From Minisyncoccota bacterium (GTDB lineage Bacteria > Patescibacteriota > Microgenomatia > UBA1400 > PJMF01): 64,000 nucleotides of DNA. Below, piece after piece: positions 9,698 to 19,013 of this stretch. Every line of letters starts with the position of its first letter. The stretch's first letter is position 1. The position numbers were made by a program, and so were the translations under genes. The stretch is taken from the NCBI GenBank assembly GCA_029881675.1, contig JAOUMD010000002.1:10228-74227 (forward strand), written 5' to 3'. The notes beneath the pieces were generated by a model that had not been told where the DNA came from, made no database searches, and saw nothing but the letters and a program-made list of their open reading frames with translations.

Positions 9698-10048
9698 CTA
9701 TTTCTCTCCAGAACAAGGAGTAAACTCACAATTAGGTCCAGTTCTGCCTACAAATGAACCATCCGGACATTCTCTAGCTTCCATGGTACAGGCAACACCC
9801 TCTCCTCCTTGTGGGGGAAGTATTTCTCTAGGTTGTCCAGGAATATTGTTGACAAAATTCTTTCCATCAGGAGTATTACATTGTTCTGGATAGATTTCTA
9901 AAATAGGGTAGCCAGCAGCAGCACATTCTTCAAAGCTATTAATGTCTGCAATTGAAGCGCTTTTTGTCTTAAATAGAGAATATGAGAGTATCCCAATGAT
10001 GATAATTAAAAAGGTAATGATGAGCCAAAGAAGTTTGGGGTTTTTCAT
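9698..10048 (-). CDS. N-terminally membrane-anchored Cys-rich extracytoplasmic protein
   Basis: N-terminal TM helix, 6 Cys in the exported part. Confidence 0.4.
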   Translation of the reverse strand: MKNPKLLWLIITFLIIIIGILSYSLFKTKSASIADINSFEECAAAGYPILEIYPEQCNTPDGKNFVNNIPGQPREILPPQGGEGVACTMEARECPDGSFVGRTGPNCEFTPCSGEK

Positions 10049-10112
10049 ATTATATTAGATTATAAACTAAATATTATTATATTTTTTATCTCATAAAATG
10101 ACAAAGAGACAG

Positions 10113-10140
10113 GTGGGATGCCTGTCTCTGTCTGTGTTAC
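10113..10140 (-). terminator. possible terminator hairpin downstream of acidic-protein gene
   Basis: AGAGACAGG-TGGGATG-CCTGTCTCT 9-bp stem; T-rich on the minus strand side. Confidence 0.35.
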
Positions 10141-10152
10141 TGAGTATGTGTG

Positions 10153-10500
10153 TTAGGCGGCTTGATCGAAAACGAAAACGACTCCCTCATTGATGTCATC
10201 AAGTTCTTCGTCGTAGTCATCATCTTCAATAACGGCGTTTATCAGGTCTTCAAAGATGCTTTGCGCTCTGTCAGCAGTAGGAGGTTGTCCTATGTCTGCC
10301 AGTGAGTCTACAGCAAAGTCTACATCTTCTGAATCCCAACTTATACCAGTTATTGAATCTTCATCTTCGATCTGACGGATGTCATAAGCAAGGCTGAAGT
10401 ATTCACTTAAATCAACATCTTGCCATTTTCCACCTACCAGTTCTTGTACTGCCACAGGTTCACCATTTTCTAAGATGGCATGTAAAATCCGTGATTTCAC
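10153..10500 (-). CDS. highly acidic hypothetical protein (115 aa, D/E-rich)
   Basis: ORF; GC-richer codon usage than surroundings; composition resembles DNA-mimic/immunity-type proteins (inference). Confidence 0.45.
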   Translation of the reverse strand: MKSRILHAILENGEPVAVQELVGGKWQDVDLSEYFSLAYDIRQIEDEDSITGISWDSEDVDFAVDSLADIGQPPTADRAQSIFEDLINAVIEDDDYDEELDDINEGVVFVFDQAA

Positions 10501-10701
10501 AGGTAAAGCTCCTTTTACTCAGATTGTTAAGAAGTTACCCAATATTTGGATAACAGGGGAGTATTTTATCATTATTGGATTTAAATATCCATATATAATT
10601 GATTATAAGACTAGGGGAGAGTATAATCACCTCTGGTTTGAGCATAATGCTCAGTTGTTTAACATACTAATCAAAGTCCATTAACCTTATAGGAGGTAAT
10701 T

Positions 10702-11766
10702 ATGGCAAGCGTGACGAGACAAGAGTTTGAAGCAATGGTGGCAGAAGTGTTCAGTGATTATAAAGAATCTGAGAGATATAAAACTCCACTGTTATATCTT
10801 TACCCTGAACTTGATTTGAGTGGTCTTGATTTATCTGGAATGGAGTTGCACTGTCTTAATTTTGATGGGGTTAACTTTACTGATACAAATCTCTCACAGT
10901 GCAATCTTTATGGTACTTCGTTTTATGGAGCTATTTTGCATAGAGCGGTACTAAGAGATGTTCAAGTAAGAGCAGGAAACTTAAGTAAGGATTGGCGAGG
11001 AGCTGACTTTACAGGTGCTGATCTTACAGGAATGAGGTTAAGTGAGGTCTCGTTCAATGGTTACTATTCAAGTTCCAGGGAGAAGGTTCCTTTGGAAAAC
11101 ACTAACAAACATCTAAGAAGGTTATATAGGGGTAGTGAACTTGTAGTAAAGTTTGATCAAGCTATTCTGGTAGATACAGACTTAAGATGGATGCATCTTG
11201 AAGGAGTTAGTTTTGTTGGAGCTAATTTAACTCGTACAAAGTTGAGTTACTCTTTTTTCAATGGTGCTAACATGCAAAGAGCTATACTCAAAGGTGCCAA
11301 CATTGAAGATGTTGATTTTACTGGTGCTAACCTAAGCCATGCAAACATGAATGGAGCCAGCATCGATAACTTTACCAAGTTTATTGATGTTGATCTCACT
11401 GGTGCAATTCTTATCAACGTTAACTCTGAACAGTCAGATAATAATCCTGAAATGTGGGCTTCAAAAATGGGACCGGTTATCATGATTAATGCTAACTGTA
11501 CTGGTGCAGACATGAGAGGAATTTCTTTTTCTCATGTTATTAGTAAAGTTAACTTTACCAATGCAGATTTGGCACGTACAAACTTTTCAGAAATTAGCTT
11601 GAGCAATTGTGATTTCACAGGCTCAAATCTCTGTGGAGCAGATGTATCTAGCTTTATTGAGAGGGGGAAGGATCTTATCCTCATAGGAGCTAAGTTTGAC
11701 AGTGCTACAAAGCAACCAGATGGCTGGTTCTGGACTCGCAAGAACAAGATGATACGAGTGGATTAA
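10702..11766 (+). CDS. pentapeptide repeat protein
   Basis: Many tandem A(D/N)(L/F)xx pentapeptides (GADFTGADLTGMRL, GANLTRTKL, GANMQRAILKGANIEDVDFTGANLSHANMNGASI); strong RBS TAGGAGGTAATT-ATG. Confidence 0.8.
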   Translation: MASVTRQEFEAMVAEVFSDYKESERYKTPLLYLYPELDLSGLDLSGMELHCLNFDGVNFTDTNLSQCNLYGTSFYGAILHRAVLRDVQVRAGNLSKDWRGADFTGADLTGMRLSEVSFNGYYSSSREKVPLENTNKHLRRLYRGSELVVKFDQAILVDTDLRWMHLEGVSFVGANLTRTKLSYSFFNGANMQRAILKGANIEDVDFTGANLSHANMNGASIDNFTKFIDVDLTGAILINVNSEQSDNNPEMWASKMGPVIMINANCTGADMRGISFSHVISKVNFTNADLARTNFSEISLSNCDFTGSNLCGADVSSFIERGKDLILIGAKFDSATKQPDGWFWTRKNKMIRVD

Positions 11767-11882
11767 GGCTAAACAACAACAAACCAATAACAACAGAACC
11801 CAGTCTACATAGGCTGGGTTTTTAGTACCTACTACTGTGTATAATGCTAAATATTGTCTAATAAGTAGAGAAGTAATAAATA

Positions 11883-12353
11883 ATGACAGAACCAAACAAC
11901 CAATCAACACAACACAACCCAGTCGGAAGATTTATGGTAGCAGTAGGAGCTATTATTGAGTTAGAAGGTACTGGAAAGATCCTGCTTAATAAAAGAAGTT
12001 CTAAGTTAGATTGGCATCCTAATGAATGGGAGATTATGTATGGCAGAATTGATCAACATGAGGGTCCTGTGAATGGATTAAAAAGAGAAATAAGAGAAGA
12101 AACAGGACTAACTGATATTAAAGTAGGGGAAGTACTGAGAGTCTGGCATATCTATAGAGGACAAGAAGAGAGTGCACAAAATGAGTTAATAGGTATTACT
12201 TATCATGTTACTACCAAGCAAGAAGAAGTTACTATCTCTGATGAACATGATGAGTTTGGTTGGTTTGAACCTGAAGAAGCAATGAAGATGATTAATATTG
12301 AGGGGATTAGGGTTGATGTTGAGGGTTATGTGAATAGGGTGGGTAATAAATGA
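11883..12353 (+). CDS. NUDIX hydrolase
   Basis: Nudix box G..(x5)E(x7)REIREETGL. Confidence 0.75.
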   Translation: MTEPNNQSTQHNPVGRFMVAVGAIIELEGTGKILLNKRSSKLDWHPNEWEIMYGRIDQHEGPVNGLKREIREETGLTDIKVGEVLRVWHIYRGQEESAQNELIGITYHVTTKQEEVTISDEHDEFGWFEPEEAMKMINIEGIRVDVEGYVNRVGNK

Positions 12354-12376
12354 ACTTCTTGATATAATTCCCCCAT

Positions 12377-13474
12377 ATGTCTTTATCTATCGGAATCGTT
12401 GGCTTACCTAATGTAGGTAAATCAACCCTCTTTAACGCTCTACTTAAACAACAAGCTGCTTTAGCTGCTAATTACCCTTTTGCTACCATTGAACCTAATG
12501 TTGGTATTGTTCCTGTCCCAGATGACAGACTAGAGAAACTCGCTGAGATTGCTGGTACTAATGTAATTAAACCTGCCACTGTAGAGTTTGTAGATATTGC
12601 AGGTCTTGTAAAGGGTGCTGCAAGTGGTGAGGGACTAGGAAACAAGTTCCTAGCTAATATTAGAGAAGCAAATGCGATTGTTCATGTATTACGTGCTTTT
12701 GAAGATGACGACATTATCAGAGAAGGTTCAAAGAACCCTACTGAAGATCTAGCTATTATCCGTACAGAATTACAACTAGCTGATCTAGCTACAATGGAAA
12801 GACAAAAAGCTCCAAAAGGCAAGATTACTACAGAAGATTCCTTACGTTGGGAAGTTGTTCAACTGTTCAGAGAGAGATTAGATGGGGGAGAGAATATAAG
12901 GAATAGTAAGGTGGCTGATCTTAGTGAAGATGAGGCAAGGATTGCTCAGGAATTTGGCTTAATTACAGCCAAGAGAGAGTTATTTGTTCTGAATGTCTCT
13001 GAAGAAACATTACTTAGTGAGTCAATTGGAGTTTTAACAAAGAAGTATAGTGAAGAATTAGATGTCCCAATGGATAGTGTCATTGTGATGTGTAACAAGA
13101 TTGAAAGTGAGCTATCTAGCCTAGGTGATGAAGATGCTGCACTATATCTAGGGGAGTTAGGCTTAACTGAGAGTGGTTTAGGTAGATTAATTAAGTCTGC
13201 TTACTCTGTTCTTGGTCTACAAAGCTATTTAACTGTTGGTGAGATTGAAGTTAGAGCTTGGACTGTCAGAAAAGGAGCTCTTGCTCCAGAAGCAGCGGGT
13301 GTTATTCATACTGATTTTGAAAAGAAATTTATCAAGGCAAAAGTAACCAGCTACGAAGACTTTATTGCTAATGATGGATGGAAGGGTGTCAAAGAAAATG
13401 GAAAATTAAGATTAGAGGGTAGGGATTATGTGATGCAAGAGGGTGATATTGTTGAATTTATGATTGGTGGTTAG
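12377..13474 (+). CDS. ychF: ribosome-binding ATPase YchF (Obg family GTPase)
   Basis: G1 GLPNVGKST, NYPFATIEPN, C-terminal TGS domain. Confidence 0.9.
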   Translation: MSLSIGIVGLPNVGKSTLFNALLKQQAALAANYPFATIEPNVGIVPVPDDRLEKLAEIAGTNVIKPATVEFVDIAGLVKGAASGEGLGNKFLANIREANAIVHVLRAFEDDDIIREGSKNPTEDLAIIRTELQLADLATMERQKAPKGKITTEDSLRWEVVQLFRERLDGGENIRNSKVADLSEDEARIAQEFGLITAKRELFVLNVSEETLLSESIGVLTKKYSEELDVPMDSVIVMCNKIESELSSLGDEDAALYLGELGLTESGLGRLIKSAYSVLGLQSYLTVGEIEVRAWTVRKGALAPEAAGVIHTDFEKKFIKAKVTSYEDFIANDGWKGVKENGKLRLEGRDYVMQEGDIVEFMIGG

Positions 13475-13613
13475 GGACAAAATAGAGCCATTCTTTCCTT
13501 AACTATTTGTTATTCTATGATATAATCCATGTCTAATATAAATTAAACTTGCTCATTCAGGCATTTGCTTGAAAACCAACGCTTAAGGGCAAGTAATAAA
13601 GGAATAAGCACCT

Positions 13614-13979
13614 ATGATGAAACTCATCGCGGATAATACCGTTAAAACTTACGAGTTTACTTACCTGCTTCCTGAATTTTTAACTACTGCAGAAGTCGCA
13701 AAGGCTACTGAAGAAGTTGAAAAATTAGTTAAGAAACATAAAGGAAAAATTGTTTCTACAGAAGACTGGGGTAAGAAAAACTTATCTTACAAAGTTGTAA
13801 AAGGTGGTAAAAAACATGCTGATGCACTTTTTACTCACATGATCTTAGAATTCGAACCAAAAAACGTTCAAAACTTTGAAAAAGGAGTATACCTTAACGA
13901 AGGTATCCTTAGACATTTACTTGTTGTAGCAGAAAAAGAAACAAAAAGCAGACTTACAAAGAAGGAAGACAAAGAATAG
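13614..13979 (+). CDS. rpsF: 30S ribosomal protein S6
   Basis: YEFTYLL N-terminal S6 signature and rpsF-ssb-rpsR synteny. Confidence 0.75.
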   Translation: MMKLIADNTVKTYEFTYLLPEFLTTAEVAKATEEVEKLVKKHKGKIVSTEDWGKKNLSYKVVKGGKKHADALFTHMILEFEPKNVQNFEKGVYLNEGILRHLLVVAEKETKSRLTKKEDKE

Positions 13980-14080
13980 TCTAAGATTATTGTCAGAATT
14001 GTGGTTTAATATGGGCACAGTTATAAATAGAGCCTTAAGATAAAGGCCAAGACCCACTCATAAGGGTACGAAAGGAAGAT

Positions 14081-14515
14081 ATGTCATCAAGATCACTCAA
14101 TAGAGTCACTTTGATTGGAAATTTAACAAGAGATCCGAATCTCAGATACACTCCAAGTGGAGCATCAGTCTGTTCATTCGGTGTTGCTACTAACAGAAGC
14201 TGGACTCCAGCTGACGGAGGTGAAAAGCAAGAAAAAGCTGAATTCCATAATATTGTTTCCTGGGGAAAACTAGCTGATATCTGTGGTCAATTACTACATT
14301 CTGGAGATAAAGTATATTTAGAAGGAAGAATCCAAACAAGAGACTGGAAGACTGATGATGGTCAAGACAGAAGAATCACTGAAATCGTAATTGAAAACAT
14401 GATTCTTTTAAACTCAAGATCAGGCGGTTCAACAGCAGGCACAAGCCCTAAAAACGCTCCAATGCCAGAAGAAGGCCCTTCAGACGAAGATGTCTCTGAC
14501 GAGATTCCGTTTTAA
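14081..14515 (+). CDS. ssb: single-stranded DNA-binding protein
   Basis: OB-fold start NRVTLIGNLTRDPNLRYTPSG, acidic C-terminal tail ending DEIPF. Confidence 0.85.
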   Translation: MSSRSLNRVTLIGNLTRDPNLRYTPSGASVCSFGVATNRSWTPADGGEKQEKAEFHNIVSWGKLADICGQLLHSGDKVYLEGRIQTRDWKTDDGQDRRITEIVIENMILLNSRSGGSTAGTSPKNAPMPEEGPSDEDVSDEIPF

Positions 14516-14527
14516 CAAAGAAAAATT

Positions 14528-14755
14528 ATGAAACAAAGAAAAAAAAGAATTAGATTACCTAGGATCAATAAGATCTCTGAAGACCACGTGTTTTCATACA
14601 AGAGAGTTAATGAACTTAGAAGATATATTACTGAGCAAGGTTATATTTACTCAAGAAAAGTAACTAACCTAACTCAAAAACAACAAAGAAGTTTAAGAAC
14701 TGCGATTCAAAGAGCTAGAGCATTAGCACTTTTACCGTTTACTCAAACTCTCTAA
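14528..14755 (+). CDS. rpsR: 30S ribosomal protein S18
   Basis: S18 family signature, position after ssb. Confidence 0.85.
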   Translation: MKQRKKRIRLPRINKISEDHVFSYKRVNELRRYITEQGYIYSRKVTNLTQKQQRSLRTAIQRARALALLPFTQTL

Positions 14756-14778
14756 GTTATTTTTAAAGTAAATAAGAT

Positions 14779-14810
14779 AACCCTCTGCCTAGGCAGGGGG
14801 TTATTTGATT
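14779..14810 (+). terminator. intrinsic terminator after rpsR
   Basis: CCCTCTGCC-TA-GGCAGGGGG hairpin + TTATTT. Confidence 0.6.
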
Positions 14811-14838
14811 AAAAGAAAGATGAGTTATAATAACCCCT

Positions 14839-15519
14839 ATGAAACATCAAGCAAATCAACCCCACGAGCAAGCAGAATTATCACGAGAATATCAAGATTA
14901 TCAAGTAGCTTTAGAGCTAGCTGTTGATAGTGAGTTTTCTTATGACGAAGCTGGTGACGTTATCGGTCTTAGTGAAGTTCAAGCTTCTAAGGCTCTTACT
15001 TACAGACAATTATTTAAAGCAAGCAAGACAGGTTACTTCCTAGTTCTTGCAAAACATGCTGCTTTGGCTGCTGTCGAGATTGCAAATAATTCTGGTATCA
15101 AAGAAGCGATGGCAATTCCAGTATTTAATTTAGCAAAAGTCTATGAAGAGATTGGGGAAATAGACCAAGCCATTAAACTATATGAAGAATCATTAAAACA
15201 CATTACAGAGAATCCACCAATTCACCATGATAGGGAGGCAGTGAGACTAGACTTTAAAGCTCATTTATTAATTGCTCGTTTAAGAAAAGGAGAAACAGGT
15301 TTAGAAGAAGATATTGTTGAAGTATTAAATAAAATTGAAGCTGATGACAAAGAGTCTAAATACAATAAGAATGTTTGGGTTTCTGGAGGATATCTTAAAT
15401 TAGCAGAAATTTTAAAAGAGTTTAAATACCTAGATATCGCAAGAAAAATTATTGAGTCAGATGAACGATTAGAGCTTAGAAATATCGAGTGGCAAGAGTT
15501 GTCAAATGAGTTAGAATAG
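14839..15519 (+). CDS. hypothetical helical protein
   Basis: ORF only. Confidence 0.4.
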   Translation: MKHQANQPHEQAELSREYQDYQVALELAVDSEFSYDEAGDVIGLSEVQASKALTYRQLFKASKTGYFLVLAKHAALAAVEIANNSGIKEAMAIPVFNLAKVYEEIGEIDQAIKLYEESLKHITENPPIHHDREAVRLDFKAHLLIARLRKGETGLEEDIVEVLNKIEADDKESKYNKNVWVSGGYLKLAEILKEFKYLDIARKIIESDERLELRNIEWQELSNELE

Positions 15520-15526
15520 ATAATCG

Positions 15527-16774
15527 ATGAAAAAATTCAAACTTACTTTCAATATATTAAGAAATGTTACCGTTATCTTCTTAGTCCTTATTTTAGGAGT
15601 AGTAATAGGAACAAAATATGGAGATAAGTTATCATTTATTAACCCTCAAACTAATAAATTTGAATTTAATGTAACAAATATTGCAGCCCCTGAAGAAAAT
15701 AAGGATGTAGATTTTTCCCAATTTTGGGAAGTATGGGGTATATTAGCTCAAGACTTTATTGATCAAGATAAGCTTATAGATGAAAAGATGGTAGATGGTG
15801 CAATTTCTGGAATGACAGCCTCACTTGGGGACCCTTACACAATGTATTTACCACCAGAAGATGATAAAAGAGCTGCAGAATCACTAGCAGGTGCATTTTA
15901 TGGTGTTGGTATTGAACTTGGATATATAAATAAAACTGTTGCAGTTATAGCTCCACTTAAAGGAATGCCAGCAGAACTTGCTGGAGTTCAAGCAGGTGAC
16001 TTAATCATTCATGTCAAAGATGAGTTATCTGGATTAGATGAAGACACTACTGAATGGACTCTTCAAGATGCTGTAAATAATATTAGAGGTGAGCGAGGAA
16101 CTACTGTAACTCTTACTTTACTTACTCCAGAAGCAAATTCACAACCAAAAGAGATTGATATTGTTAGAGATCAAATCCTTATCCCATCTGTTGAACTATC
16201 ATTTGTAGAGCATGATGGTAAAAAAGTTGGTCTAATTACACTCTCTAGATTTGGAGAAAGAACTGGTAAAGAATGGGATGATGCTGTCAGTGAAATTCTT
16301 GCACAACAATCTAGTTTGTCTGGTATCTTACTTGATATGAGAAATAATCCAGGTGGATTCTTTGATGGAGCAATCGATGTTGCTAGTGAGTTTATCGACA
16401 ACGATGTAGTTGTCTCACAGCAAGGTAAATTTACAAATCATGATTATAAATCTGAAGGTGTCGCTAGACTAAAAAATATTCCATTAATGGTCCTAGTCAA
16501 TAGAGGTAGTGCTTCTGCCTCAGAAATTGTTGCTGGTGCGCTTCGTGATGATTTAGGGATAAAACTAATCGGTGAAAAAACCTTTGGAAAAGGTACAGTT
16601 CAAGATAGAAGAGAACTAGAAAATGGGGGTGGATTACATGTTACCGTAGCAAAATGGGTTTTACCTGGCGGTAGTTGGATTCACAAAGAAGGTCTTGAAG
16701 TAGATGTTGAGGTAAAAGACGATAGTGCTACCCAGGAAGATGAAGTAGTCTTTAGGGCAATTGAAGTACTTTAA
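15527..16774 (+). CDS. ctpA: carboxyl-terminal processing protease (S41 family, PDZ domain)
   Basis: N-terminal TM, PDZ region, S41 catalytic region LVNRGSASASEIVAGAL. Confidence 0.8.
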   Translation: MKKFKLTFNILRNVTVIFLVLILGVVIGTKYGDKLSFINPQTNKFEFNVTNIAAPEENKDVDFSQFWEVWGILAQDFIDQDKLIDEKMVDGAISGMTASLGDPYTMYLPPEDDKRAAESLAGAFYGVGIELGYINKTVAVIAPLKGMPAELAGVQAGDLIIHVKDELSGLDEDTTEWTLQDAVNNIRGERGTTVTLTLLTPEANSQPKEIDIVRDQILIPSVELSFVEHDGKKVGLITLSRFGERTGKEWDDAVSEILAQQSSLSGILLDMRNNPGGFFDGAIDVASEFIDNDVVVSQQGKFTNHDYKSEGVARLKNIPLMVLVNRGSASASEIVAGALRDDLGIKLIGEKTFGKGTVQDRRELENGGGLHVTVAKWVLPGGSWIHKEGLEVDVEVKDDSATQEDEVVFRAIEVL

Positions 16775-16775
16775 A

Positions 16776-17720
16776 TTACTCTTCAGGGTTTTCGATCAAC
16801 TGTTTTGTTTCACTAATCACTTTAAATAAGTCACCTTCTAAAATATTAGGTAGGTTATGCCATGATTGTTTGACTCTATGATCTGTAACTCTGCTTTGAG
16901 GGAAATTAAATGTTCTAATCTTCTCTGATCTCATATTACGACCGATGGCACTACGTGCATCACCAATCTTTTTTGCTTTTTCTTCTTCCTGAATTTCCCA
17001 AAGTTGAGAACGAAGTAATTCTAAGGCAATTTGTCTATTTTGGACTTGTTTTCTTTCTTGTCTGGCACTAACTTGAATACCAGTTGGTTTATGAGTTAAT
17101 CTGACAGCACTACTAGTCTTGTTTACACTTTGACCACCAGCTCCACCAGCTCTAATAAATTGCCATTCTAAGTCTTCATCTCTAATTTCTACAGCACTGG
17201 AATGAACTTCTGGTAATACGGCAATAGAAGCTGTAGAAGTATGGATTCTACCTTGTGACTCTGTGGCAGGAACACGTTGGACACGATGAACTCCTGATTC
17301 ATATTTAAAAGTAGAGTAGGCAGTAGGGCAAAGTTCATTGAACTCATCATTATCTGATCTTGTTTTTCCTTTTACCTTAAAGATCATGTCATCAATATGT
17401 TCTACTTTGAAACCTACAGTTTCAATAAAACGAAGATACATTCTTTTTAAATCTTCAGCCCAAAGCTTAGCTTCATCACCACCAGCACCACCTCTGATTT
17501 CAAAGATACAGTTTGTAGCTTCAACACCTTCTTGTGGTTCATCAGATTGAGCTGATTCCAAGTCACTAGCAGCTTTTTCTAAAGATTCTTTTTGTATTTT
17601 GAGTTTCTCAATTTCAGCTTTTGCTAATTCACCAAGTTCAACGTCAGAAAGTAGAGCCTCATTTTCTTCAATTTGGCTTTGTAACTGATTGATTTGGTCT
17701 TGGTAAGGATTAAAACTCAT
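16776..17720 (-). CDS. prfA: peptide chain release factor 1 (compact form)
   Basis: PATESQGRIHTS (PxT tripeptide = RF1) and GGQ motif (AGGAGGQSVNKT). Confidence 0.8.
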   Translation of the reverse strand: MSFNPYQDQINQLQSQIEENEALLSDVELGELAKAEIEKLKIQKESLEKAASDLESAQSDEPQEGVEATNCIFEIRGGAGGDEAKLWAEDLKRMYLRFIETVGFKVEHIDDMIFKVKGKTRSDNDEFNELCPTAYSTFKYESGVHRVQRVPATESQGRIHTSTASIAVLPEVHSSAVEIRDEDLEWQFIRAGGAGGQSVNKTSSAVRLTHKPTGIQVSARQERKQVQNRQIALELLRSQLWEIQEEEKAKKIGDARSAIGRNMRSEKIRTFNFPQSRVTDHRVKQSWHNLPNILEGDLFKVISETKQLIENPEE

Positions 17721-17784
17721 AATTGATTCGATAATTCTGATGTCACAGAGACAACATAACTTTGATTATACCTTAGGGAGTTAA

Positions 17785-18156
17785 CTAAGCTGAAACTTCT
17801 TTAGATTCTTTAGCTTCTTGTTTTTCTTCAATTTTTAAAGAGACTTTTTGGTCAGCTAAAACTTGTTGGTAAGATTTTTCTTCACCAACTGGTTTTTCAG
17901 TAGTTGCAACTGCAGCTTGTGCAGCCTTAGCAGATTGTTCTGCTTGCTTCTTTTTTGCAGCAGCCATTTTCTTCATAAATTTCTCGACACGACCTTGTGT
18001 ATCAACAAATTTTTCTTCACCAGTGAAGAATGGGTGACATTTACTACAGATATCTACGCTAAGAGCTGTATCAGATGAACCAGTGGTAAAAGTTTCACCA
18101 CAAGCACAAGTAATTACTGCTTCATTATTCCAATTTGGATGTAAGTTTTTTTTCAT
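17785..18156 (-). CDS. rpmE: 50S ribosomal protein L31 with ~55-aa K/A/E-rich C-terminal extension
   Basis: CxxC...CxxC zinc ribbon L31 core ([18 protein letters not shown]...[10 protein letters not shown]). Confidence 0.8.
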   Translation of the reverse strand: MKKNLHPNWNNEAVITCACGETFTTGSSDTALSVDICSKCHPFFTGEEKFVDTQGRVEKFMKKMAAAKKKQAEQSAKAAQAAVATTEKPVGEEKSYQQVLADQKVSLKIEEKQEAKESKEVSA

Positions 18157-18299
18157 ATTTTTCTTCTTTCGCTCTTGCTAGTTTACAAGTGCTACTACTA
18201 GAGGAGGAATTATAACACAAGAGGACTGAAATCGTAAGAGAAAGGAGTGTTATTGGTTGTGATATAGTTTTATTAATTGATATTAATTATTTAAATAAT

Positions 18300-18656
18300 A
18301 TGGCTAGAAGAAGTACTTTGGCAGAGAGAAGTGGCAGTGAGAAAGTTATGGCACCGACACGAGTAAAAGAAGAGCTGGGTAGAGGTTCTATGTATAGAGT
18401 CCAAAGAAAAGGTCATCAAGGAAATGGTTATCCAGACACTACCCAATGGAAAGGAGCTCCAGATTCATATGGTAAAGAAACACCCGATGCTAGAGAACAA
18501 GCTTATGCAACTTTAGAGAGTAGGAAAAGACCTATTCCTAAGGCTGCGGTGATGGATTTTGAACAAAGAGAAGGACTATCTCCGACAAGAATAGCCAAGT
18601 TAATACAAGAAAACAGAATTATTTTTAGAGGTGGGAAGTTAGAAGAGGTTCGTTAA
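18300..18656 (+). CDS. hypothetical basic protein (atypical composition)
   Basis: ORF; G/P/R/E-rich, unlike the K/I/N-rich local proteome. Confidence 0.3.
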   Translation: MARRSTLAERSGSEKVMAPTRVKEELGRGSMYRVQRKGHQGNGYPDTTQWKGAPDSYGKETPDAREQAYATLESRKRPIPKAAVMDFEQREGLSPTRIAKLIQENRIIFRGGKLEEVR

Positions 18657-19012
18657 TCTTTATTAAAGTATTCTCTATCTAATCTTTCCTCAACTTCATC
18701 ACCGACTGGATCGTCCCCAGGCTGGTCAATTCTATATCCCAGTGGGTCAGTTCCAGTGTCATTTAATTTACGTGGACATGTGTCTCCATCAAAATGTTTT
18801 CCTTCCCCTTGATGAGCATATTCATGAGGATCAGAATCTTCTTTTTTTTCGTCTTCTTCTGTTTTAACCCAATCTCCATAAACTTCAACTTGTTTACCTG
18901 CTTCTTTTCCAGGGATACCTCTATCCATGTCTAAATTTGCCCCAGATAAATATTCTTCCCAAGCTGCTGGATCATCTGTTTCTGGTGGATTTGCTCTTGG
19001 TTTTTCTCCCAT
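18653..19012 (-). CDS. hypothetical acidic protein (atypical composition)
   Basis: ORF; convergent, overlaps previous gene by 4 nt. Confidence 0.3.
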   Translation of the reverse strand: MGEKPRANPPETDDPAAWEEYLSGANLDMDRGIPGKEAGKQVEVYGDWVKTEEDEKKEDSDPHEYAHQGEGKHFDGDTCPRKLNDTGTDPLGYRIDQPGDDPVGDEVEERLDREYFNKD

Positions 19013-19013
19013 A

